Of a DNA stretch of 64,000 nt, positions 56,611 to 64,000 are shown in pieces. Below the pieces are notes generated by a model, which saw only the letters and a program-made list of their open reading frames with translations, did no database searches and had not been told where the DNA came from. The stretch is taken from contig JAGMCR010000009.1 in NCBI GenBank assembly GCA_023129115.1, forward strand, positions 27,064 to 91,063, in the 5' to 3' direction. The first letter of the stretch is position 1. The number at the start of each line of letters is the position of its first letter. Made by a program: the position numbers and the translations under genes. The stretch comes from Candidatus Iainarchaeum sp. (GTDB taxonomy: Archaea > B1Sed10-29 > WALL01).

Positions 56611-57716
56611 ATGCTCACTAGGCCCTTTGCCGCGCAGTAGAACGCCGCGTACTCCGGCAGCGCCAATTGTTTTTCTTCTTCTAGTTCAAAAACCTTGTCC
56701 TTGAGCACGACGTCCATGGTCGCGCGGGCGATGCACCGCACGTCCCCGTCGCCGAGCACGACCGGGTCATTGTAGTAGACGAACTTGTCGAGGCTCGGCA
56801 CCTCGCACGCGATGAAGCCCGTGCCGCCGTGGATGCTGTTCGGGAGGCGCATCAGGCGTGACACGTCCATGGTAACGCCCTTGTCGACCTCGGCGTTCAT
56901 CTCAATCGCCAGCAAGCCGAATGCGCGGCGCCACGTCTTGGGGTCGAGGTTGACCTGGTCCCAGTCGCCTTGCCCGATGCCGCCCAAAACCAGCCCTTTC
57001 TTGGCGAGTATCTTTTTGGCTGTCGAGGTGGACATGCCCATTCGCCTCGCGATGGACTTTTCGTTGCCTGTGCCGATTTCGTCCACGATTGCGCGCGTGA
57101 TTCTCCCGGGCCAGCCCCAGTCGTCGGGCCTCGGCCCAAGCAGGTGCTTGCCCCTGCGGCGGATGTGCCGCGCCGGCTTAAGCCCGCTCGCGGTGATGAA
57201 GTCGAGTATTTCTTTTCTTGCGTTTTGTGAGAGGCCGTGCACGTCCTCGCGGCGGATGTGGATGTGGTACCCGCGGTTGCCGCTAAAGACCACGTGCAAG
57301 TCGTCGTGCGCGAACCCGAAGTCGGGGATTAAAAATTCTTCGATGAGCTTTATGCATTCTTCTTTGACGCGGTTCATGCACTTGTCGCACACCAAGTCCT
57401 TGGAGTGGGAGCAGTCGACCTCGTACTCGTCCGCGTCGAGGTCGAACACGAGGTCTGCGCCGAGCCAGTTTTTCTTGGGCATGGGCCTTCCCTCGGGGAA
57501 CTCGTAGTAGCCAGCGGAATAGGATATGTACAACGGCGTTTCGCTGCGGAGGTACGCGTTGAGCTGCTGCTCGGCGGGGAAGGACATGTGCCTCCAGTCG
57601 ATTTTTTTGTCGTTGCCCGCGCCGAACTCGCGCCGCTCGATGGACGGCGGGGCCGGCACGGTATGCGAATCGTAGTACTTTCGAAGCGTGTCCCTGATGA
57701 ACTCAATTTTTTCCAT
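56601..57716 (-). CDS. priS: DNA primase catalytic subunit
   Basis: REFG, DLVFDLDAD, FSGNRGYH, D.SRLMRLPNSIHG. Confidence 0.95.
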   Translation of the reverse strand: MEKIEFIRDTLRKYYDSHTVPAPPSIERREFGAGNDKKIDWRHMSFPAEQQLNAYLRSETPLYISYSAGYYEFPEGRPMPKKNWLGADLVFDLDADEYEVDCSHSKDLVCDKCMNRVKEECIKLIEEFLIPDFGFAHDDLHVVFSGNRGYHIHIRREDVHGLSQNARKEILDFITASGLKPARHIRRRGKHLLGPRPDDWGWPGRITRAIVDEIGTGNEKSIARRMGMSTSTAKKILAKKGLVLGGIGQGDWDQVNLDPKTWRRAFGLLAIEMNAEVDKGVTMDVSRLMRLPNSIHGGTGFIACEVPSLDKFVYYNDPVVLGDGDVRCIARATMDVVLKDKVFELEEEKQLALPEYAAFYCAAKGLVSIWG

Positions 57717-58206
57717 GCTCTTCTCCTAGCAACAAGTCGTGGAACTGCTTGACCGTGTACTTGCCGTTGCGGAAGTCGTCGACATTGATAGAGTGCCTGC
57801 CGAAGAAGCCCTTCAGCCCGGGCAGCATGCCCTCGGTGCTCTCGATTTTGACCGTGTACTTGCCTTTTTTCTCGAGCATCGGCCCGAGCATGTGCAGGAA
57901 GACGCCCTTCATTATGCCCTTGCGCTCCAGGGGCTCGTAGCCGACCTTCCCGTGCCTCGACGGGCCCCTCATCTTGAGGCTCAGCGAATAAGTGGGGAAG
58001 ATGTTGCTGAACTGCACAGTCTTCTTGTGGACGGACACGCCCATATAGAAGTCGCCAATCTTGTCCCCGGGCTTTACGGGCTTGGGCAGCCCTGTGAAAG
58101 CCGTGGCAATCTTGTCGGAGCGGACGTGCGCGTCTTTTTCGCTGCAGGCGTGCAGCTCGTGGTACTCGCCGTGCGGCGTTATCTTGATGCCAAGCCGCTC
58201 AGGCAT
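57703..58206 (-). CDS. Hypothetical protein between priL and priS
   Basis: 167-aa ORF overlapping both neighbours, preceded by GAGGTGA. Confidence 0.7.
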   Translation of the reverse strand: MPERLGIKITPHGEYHELHACSEKDAHVRSDKIATAFTGLPKPVKPGDKIGDFYMGVSVHKKTVQFSNIFPTYSLSLKMRGPSRHGKVGYEPLERKGIMKGVFLHMLGPMLEKKGKYTVKIESTEGMLPGLKGFFGRHSINVDDFRNGKYTVKQFHDLLLGEEHGKN

Positions 58207-59194
58207 TGGGCTTCACCTCTTTTTTCTTGGAGTAATACTTCAGCGGGTGCTTCACGCGCTCGCAGAGCGCGTCCTTGTTGCGGCAGAGGCCGTAGAAGAC
58301 CATTTTTTCGCAACTCGGCGGGGAGTACTTCGTTCCGGAGCCGCGCTTGCCTAAAGAGTATTCTATATAGTACCGCGTCTTTTTTTCGTTGAAGTTGGGG
58401 GTGTTGCGGAACAGCTCTGTGACCTGCTCGACAGGCATGCCGACGTTGACCAAAAAGGTCGCTAGCACGAAGCGGGGCTGGTGCGCCATTGGCTGGCCGC
58501 TCTCCGCCTCCTGGATTAATAGCTTTATGCAGGGCGGGAAAATTCCTGCCTCGACCTTGCCGAACTCCTCGGTTATTTTGAACGCCTTGTCGCGGTTCGT
58601 CTCTTTTGCGACCTCCGCAGCGTAAGTGTCGAAGACTGTTGGCACGTCCATTGGCTGGTAGAGGTCTTTCTCGATTTGGTCGCGGAGCTTTTCGGGCAGG
58701 AGGTGCGCGATGGACTCGTTGTCGACTTGTACCTGGCCGTCCTTGAGCGGCGCGTTGACGAGCTTGTACTCTTCCTCGCGCGGGAGGTACTTGAGGTAGT
58801 CGGTGAAGGGTATCACGGCGTCGCTGATTGAGAAGCCGAAGTCCCTGGCGAGCGCGCCGAGGTTGGCTGGCGACTCGTGCAACAGGAATTTTTGGAATGC
58901 CCTGGCCTCGGCGCGGGCGTATCGGCTTATCAAGAACTTGTCGCGGGTCTTGCCCACGATGATTTTGGCGAGCGGGTACGAAAGGATTTCTGCTATCATG
59001 ATGCGCTCGCTGCTCGTGTTTGTCTCGACAGTGGTGCGGCCGGTCTCTATTCCCTCGATGGCGCGCTGCTTCGCGCGGTCGAGGAGGCGGGGCTCGACGC
59101 TCGAGAAGTCGAAGTTTATCCACTTGGCCAGCCCCTTCGTGGCGCTGGAAAAAGGGTACTTTACCGAGAACTGCAGCTCTCCTCGCGTGAACAC
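58199..59194 (-). CDS. priL: DNA primase large subunit
   Basis: KYPF, FPPCI, H..RF.LATFL, PNFNE..TRY, YSPPSC, HPL.YY. Confidence 0.94.
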   Translation of the reverse strand: MFTRGELQFSVKYPFSSATKGLAKWINFDFSSVEPRLLDRAKQRAIEGIETGRTTVETNTSSERIMIAEILSYPLAKIIVGKTRDKFLISRYARAEARAFQKFLLHESPANLGALARDFGFSISDAVIPFTDYLKYLPREEEYKLVNAPLKDGQVQVDNESIAHLLPEKLRDQIEKDLYQPMDVPTVFDTYAAEVAKETNRDKAFKITEEFGKVEAGIFPPCIKLLIQEAESGQPMAHQPRFVLATFLVNVGMPVEQVTELFRNTPNFNEKKTRYYIEYSLGKRGSGTKYSPPSCEKMVFYGLCRNKDALCERVKHPLKYYSKKKEVKPNA

Positions 59195-59282
59195 CAGCGG
59201 CTATTATGCGCGGCTTTCATTAAAAAGCATGGTGATAGGGGTTGCCGAGGCATTTTTATAGAATAGTTGGCTATTTAGCCGC

Positions 59283-61862
59283 GTGAGAAGAGGATTGACC
59301 CCAGTCGTGGCCATTGTTTTGATGATAGGCGTGGCTATTGTTGGCAGTGCCGCGGTCTACTTCTTCAGCGGCGGCCTCGCCACCAGCGAGCCTGAGGTAG
59401 ACTCGCCGGTGCCGCTCACGATTGTGCCGCTCGGCAACGGCGACATCCTGGTGGCGAACCTCGGGCAGTTTGACTTCACTGACACGCTTTACTCCACAGA
59501 CCCCGCCCTCACCGTGGACTGCCCCGCCATTCCTGCGGGGGAGCAGGGGGTGTGCAACGTTACGGGCTACACGAACCAGTCCACTTTCGTGCTCTACGGC
59601 CCGGGCTCGGCTTCCGTGGTGCTGGAGAGCGCCTCGGTGTTTGACCCCCGGGCCTGCGACGCGGACGACACGTGCGAATACGTCTGGACGAACGCCATGG
59701 GCGACGGCAAGTGGGAGGACGGCAGGAACTGGGGGAACGCCGACCGCCGCCTCTACCCACAGACCCAAAACCACATGGCAGTCTTCAACGGGACGAGCAC
59801 ATCCAACTGCACGACCAACGGCGGCCTGACGGTCGGGAAGATATACATCAAGAGCGGCTACACAGGAAAAATCACTCTCGGCGGAGACCTCGAGGCGGAT
59901 GACTCGGGGATTTATGGCGGGCAGCTCTGGATTTACGGTGGCGAGTTCGACGCGAACGGCTATGGCCTGGACGTGGACCAGCGGACGATTATTATGGGTG
60001 GGGCGACGCTGATGTGCAGGAGCGGGAACCACAAGTTCGGCGCGCGGGACTATGTGAACTACACCCGCTTCTCGCTTTACGTAGACGGTGGGACTTTTGA
60101 CGGTGGGACCGGGAACCACACTGTCGCGAACGCGCAGTTCAAGTTTGGGAACGTGAAGCTGACGAACGGCACGACGGAGTTCACGAGCAATACGTGGGGA
60201 TATACACTTCGGTTCTGGGGCGGCACGTTTGACAACAACAACGGCACGATTAAGTTCACCAGGAACGGAATCCAGACCATGTACAACGTGTACAAGACGC
60301 CCATAAGCTTTTACAACATGGTGGTGGACACGGGCAGCGGGAACACTGTCCAATATTATCTTAGCTCCGGATTCCACCTCACGGTCGAGAACGACTTGAC
60401 GATTGAGTCAGGCACGTTCAGCACAATGGAGACAGGCGGCGGCGTGGCCAGGGACCTGACAGTGAACGGGACGACTACGGTTTCAGGCACGTTGAGGACG
60501 CACGACTCCACAGTATCGCTTGGCAGCAACCCCGGCGGGGTAATCCAGAGCTATGCAGTCCAGGTCAAGAACGGGGGCTTGTTCGAGGCCGGGACCGGGA
60601 ACCACACTTACGGCGCGCTTACTGTTTATTCCGGCGGCAGCTACACAATGACGAACGCCACGACAACAATCGACTCCAGCGTGCAGGGCGGCTTCTGCTT
60701 CAGGGTGGACGTCGGCAGGACTGGCTTTGACAACGCGGACGGGGCGATTCGGTTCGAGTCCAGCGGGTTCGGCTCGTTAATGGCGCTGGGGAACGCGAAC
60801 GACAACCTGCACAACATGGTTGTTAATTATCCCGGCAAAACCCTCACGACGCACTGGCAGGGCAACCTGCGCGTGGACAACGACCTGACGGTTGAGGCCG
60901 GCGAGCTCGACAACGCGTATGCGGGAAATGACAAGGACATCACAGTCACGAACGACGTCGTAATCCAGAACACCGGGACAATAGATGGGAACGACGGGAC
61001 GCACTCGTTTGGCTCGCTCGCACTCAACGCTGGCGGCACGTACGACGCGACGAGCGGGACGACAAGCATCTATGGGACCTGTAATTTCGACGGGACGTTC
61101 AACCACAACAATGGGACAGTAACCCTTAATTGGAAGGGGATAAACCTAAACCACTACTTCGCGAACAATACATTCTGGAACCTGAATGTGGCGGGCAATA
61201 TCCAGCGCATGTACGAGGACTTAAACGTTGAAAACCAGTTGGTCGTAACTGGATTATTCACGTCAATCAGTACGCTTCGGACAGTAACGCTCGGGAATAG
61301 CCAGCAGTCCGGGAGCCTGAGTGGGACAAGCTCGAGGTTCCGGCACCGCTCTTCAACAATAATCCAGGCCGCAAGCCAGGCACACCCGGTACAGATTACT
61401 TCTGATGTCATGGACTGGAACTTCCGATATGGGGCACAAACAATAAAGCAATACCGGCTCGACAATGTGAATGTTGTCCCTGCCACTGTAACCGGTGGTG
61501 GGGCAGACATTATCGTGCTCGGGGACTGCAACTTCAGTGATTTGACTATTTCCGCGGGCGCCAACCTGACACACACTGCCGGGAAGATTGTGGTGAGCGG
61601 CAACTGGACGAACAACGGGAACTTCACCCACGGCAACGGGCTTGTTGAGTTCGACTCGAACGGGTACATCACTTCGGGAATCAGCGCGTTCAACAACGTC
61701 ACCGTTTCGGCGGGCACGTCAATCACGCTGGACAACGCTACTGCTGACTATACTTACATTGCCGCGGGCGCCAACCTCACAATCGGTGCGGGCACGTGGT
61801 ACCACTGCAACACGATTGCTGGGCCGGGCACGCTCAAGGTCAACGGCGCCAAGACCTGCTAA
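59283..61862 (+). CDS. Large surface protein with class III (pilin/archaellin) signal peptide, adhesin-like
   Basis: RRG/LTPVVAIVLMIGVAIV; G/T/N-rich beta repeats; many sequons. Confidence 0.85.
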   Translation: MRRGLTPVVAIVLMIGVAIVGSAAVYFFSGGLATSEPEVDSPVPLTIVPLGNGDILVANLGQFDFTDTLYSTDPALTVDCPAIPAGEQGVCNVTGYTNQSTFVLYGPGSASVVLESASVFDPRACDADDTCEYVWTNAMGDGKWEDGRNWGNADRRLYPQTQNHMAVFNGTSTSNCTTNGGLTVGKIYIKSGYTGKITLGGDLEADDSGIYGGQLWIYGGEFDANGYGLDVDQRTIIMGGATLMCRSGNHKFGARDYVNYTRFSLYVDGGTFDGGTGNHTVANAQFKFGNVKLTNGTTEFTSNTWGYTLRFWGGTFDNNNGTIKFTRNGIQTMYNVYKTPISFYNMVVDTGSGNTVQYYLSSGFHLTVENDLTIESGTFSTMETGGGVARDLTVNGTTTVSGTLRTHDSTVSLGSNPGGVIQSYAVQVKNGGLFEAGTGNHTYGALTVYSGGSYTMTNATTTIDSSVQGGFCFRVDVGRTGFDNADGAIRFESSGFGSLMALGNANDNLHNMVVNYPGKTLTTHWQGNLRVDNDLTVEAGELDNAYAGNDKDITVTNDVVIQNTGTIDGNDGTHSFGSLALNAGGTYDATSGTTSIYGTCNFDGTFNHNNGTVTLNWKGINLNHYFANNTFWNLNVAGNIQRMYEDLNVENQLVVTGLFTSISTLRTVTLGNSQQSGSLSGTSSRFRHRSSTIIQAASQAHPVQITSDVMDWNFRYGAQTIKQYRLDNVNVVPATVTGGGADIIVLGDCNFSDLTISAGANLTHTAGKIVVSGNWTNNGNFTHGNGLVEFDSNGYITSGISAFNNVTVSAGTSITLDNATADYTYIAAGANLTIGAGTWYHCNTIAGPGTLKVNGAKTC

Positions 61863-62341
61863 GTGCACCTGCAGTCCAGGACGCCCATTATTTCGTCGCA
61901 GCCCCAGGACGGGAAGCCGTCCTGCTCTTCGCAGTGCTGGACGCACGAGGCGCGGATTTTTATGAGGTCCTCGAGGGGGCTGTCGTAGTACTGCTCGCAC
62001 GTCAAGTGGTACGTCTCCCACTTCGGGGCATGGGTTCTTGGCATGGTCGGCTCGGTCTCGGCCGGCAGCGGGACCTTCACAAGAGGGAGGTCACAGAACT
62101 GGGACTCGTTGCGGAGCGAGCCGCAGCCATCAGTGCACTGCCTCTCCTGCCGGCCAATCGACTCGTTGAGTTTGGCGCACGGCGCCCAGGAGGCACACTG
62201 CCACGCCGGCACGCACTCGGGCGCCGCGGCAGCCACGTAGCCAGCAAAGGGCAGGGCAGGCTGCTGCAGCAGCACGAGCACCGCCCCCAGAATCACAAGC
62301 ATGACTATGCCGCTAACAACAGTGTCGAGAAGCGCCTTCAT
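61859..62341 (-). CDS. Cys-rich membrane-anchored hypothetical protein
   Basis: N-terminal TM; C.P.WQC..W.PC....Q.R.C.D.C (TSP1-like) module. Confidence 0.7.
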   Translation of the reverse strand: MKALLDTVVSGIVMLVILGAVLVLLQQPALPFAGYVAAAAPECVPAWQCASWAPCAKLNESIGRQERQCTDGCGSLRNESQFCDLPLVKVPLPAETEPTMPRTHAPKWETYHLTCEQYYDSPLEDLIKIRASCVQHCEEQDGFPSWGCDEIMGVLDCRCT

Positions 62342-62373
62342 GTCCAAAATAAACGAAGAAGGGAGTTAAAAAG

Positions 62374-62931
62374 CTACTTCTTTTTCTGCTTCCTGGGCTT
62401 TGCCTTCTTTTTTTCTTTCGGCAGGTGCTCTGCCTTCCACACGCCCCAGACAATGCCGAGTACCGTGCATATGGTGATTATCGAAGTCGTGGCAGTCACT
62501 GCATTGCCCTGGGCCGTCGCCGTGAAGAAGAACGGGATTGAGTAAGTGCCAGAAGAGCCCGACAGGACGGCGAGCAAGAACATGGACATCACGAAGCCGA
62601 TGGTCAGGCCCCAGAAGCCGTGCCACAGGATTGTGACTGCCTCGCGCGCGGTGCGGCTCTTCACGCGCTTCTTGTATTGCCTGCTGATTGAAGACTCAAA
62701 GTCGTCGACCAATTGGATGGCCGCGAAAATCAGCCCAACGGTGATTGGGGCTAGCCACGACGCGTGCACCACGCCCTTCGCCGACTTCTCTAGCTCAAAA
62801 GTGGCTTTCCACCCAACCTGCAGCTCGAAGCCGAGCACGGGGGCGAGTATCTGCAGCAGCAACAGCACAGCCGCCACCACGATGAAGCCCGTCATAAAGG
62901 CCTTGAACAAGTTCCACAATTTCTTTTTCAT
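62374..62931 (-). CDS. Hypothetical 4-TM membrane protein
   Basis: Four hydrophobic segments, basic tail, overlaps the sppA stop. Confidence 0.72.
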   Translation of the reverse strand: MKKKLWNLFKAFMTGFIVVAAVLLLLQILAPVLGFELQVGWKATFELEKSAKGVVHASWLAPITVGLIFAAIQLVDDFESSISRQYKKRVKSRTAREAVTILWHGFWGLTIGFVMSMFLLAVLSGSSGTYSIPFFFTATAQGNAVTATTSIITICTVLGIVWGVWKAEHLPKEKKKAKPRKQKKK

Positions 62932-63824
62932 TTTAATGTCACCTTTGCGGTTGTAGAGCTCATGAAGCCCTCGCCGAACGAGCGGCCCATGCTCCCGAGC
63001 AGGCTGGCAAACGAAAACTCTTCCTCAAAAAAATACTTTTCTTCCGGCTCTCCCTCGATGCCGCCCAATGCAGCGGCGCGCCCCAGGGCAAAGTCCCGCG
63101 AGCCGATGTGGTCGATGAGGCCGTGCGAGAACGCCTGGCGGCCGGACAAAAGGCGGCCGTCCGCGATTGAATCGAACCCTGTGGGGTCGAGGCCCGGGCG
63201 GTTCGCCAATACATCGGAGCGGAACTGGGCGTGCGCGTCCTCGACAATCGTGAGAATCATTTCCCTTTCTTCGTCAGTGAGCTCTTCGAACGGGCTGCCC
63301 ATGGCCTTGTAGTCGCCCGACGCCAGCAGGGTCACGTTCAGCCCAAGCTTTTCCAGCAAGCCCATGTAGTTGTGTATTTCACTGACCGCGCCAATGCTCC
63401 CGGTCAGCGAGTCCGCGTCCGCCACAATTTCGTCCGCGCCAGTGGCCACAAGGTACGCGCCCGAGGCGCCGACCTCATTGATGTATGCCACCACTGGCTT
63501 CTCTGTGTCGCGTACCACGCGCATCAGTTCTTTTGACGCCACGATTGAGCCGCCGCCAGAGTTTATGTCCAGGAGTATTACCGAGACCTCGGGGTCGGCG
63601 TCCGCCTCCCTCACAAAGTCAATTGTCTTGCGCACCCCCGAAGAAAAGTATACATAGTTGTCCTCGCCGTCAATGGCCAGCTCGCCCTTGACATCGACCA
63701 CGCCGACTTTTGTGTAGAGCGGGAAAGAGGGGAGGAGCAGGGCGAGCAGCACGAGGAACAGCACTGTCACCACTGCCAGGACTGCCAATAGCTGGAGAGT
63801 GGTGTGCTTCTTCCTCATGGCCAT
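62928..63824 (-). CDS. sppA: Signal peptide peptidase SppA (S49)
   Basis: INSGGG, ASGAY, TGSIG, GDYK, DGR..SG.QA..GLID. Confidence 0.92.
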   Translation of the reverse strand: MAMRKKHTTLQLLAVLAVVTVLFLVLLALLLPSFPLYTKVGVVDVKGELAIDGEDNYVYFSSGVRKTIDFVREADADPEVSVILLDINSGGGSIVASKELMRVVRDTEKPVVAYINEVGASGAYLVATGADEIVADADSLTGSIGAVSEIHNYMGLLEKLGLNVTLLASGDYKAMGSPFEELTDEEREMILTIVEDAHAQFRSDVLANRPGLDPTGFDSIADGRLLSGRQAFSHGLIDHIGSRDFALGRAAALGGIEGEPEEKYFFEEEFSFASLLGSMGRSFGEGFMSSTTAKVTLK

Positions 63825-63858
63825 ATGCTGGGAAGAAGGGGCTACTAGAATAAAAGGG

Positions 63859-64000
63859 TTATCTCCCGTTCGCGCGGATTGCAGCCTGTGCAGCGGCCAA
63901 ACGGGCAATCGGCACGCGGTACGGGGAGCAGCTCACGTACGCCAGTCCCGCGTCGTGGCAGAAGCCAACGGACTCCGGCTCGCCGCCGTGCTCGCCGCAG
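63859..64000 (-). CDS. ppdK: Pyruvate phosphate dikinase, C-terminal end (partial)
   Basis: Manual translation [39 protein letters not shown]. Confidence 0.93.
   Translation of the reverse strand, partial: CGEHGGEPESVGFCHDAGLAYVSCSPYRVPIARLAAAQAAIRANGR

Overview
GC-rich archaeal chromosome segment. It has exosome/proteasome/RNase P genes, GatDE, aRF1, aIF2-alpha, separate PriS and PriL, and an S-layer gene; gene content suggests a DPANN-type lineage such as Micrarchaeota/Iainarchaeota (inference). Most of it is housekeeping, plus PdxST, ADP-forming acetyl-CoA synthetase, FBPase I/FBA II, PPDK and a complete his operon (hisD-hisC/HAD-hisB-H-A-F-IE-G-hisS). The standout is the ~460-bp his leader (38400-38866). 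It holds two tandem short ORFs sharing an SD-like-TCA-CTT-CAC cassette (Leu CUU followed by a His codon), the geometry of the RF2 +1 frameshift site. A +1 shift at each site gives His-free products: the first is an AbrB-like protein whose frame runs through an embedded tRNA-His(GUG) and ends on the start of the second ORF, and the second ends on the hisD start (ATGA). This looks like a histidine-sensing frameshift/translational-coupling relay with a tRNA inside the mRNA; it is a hypothesis from sequence only. Other oddities: a free-standing LAGLIDADG gene beside gatD, a stand-alone lanthipeptide-lyase-like domain, a duplicated alternative gene 3' end, a GC-rich palindrome repeat family, an MNT-HEPN pair and a large pilin-signal adhesin.
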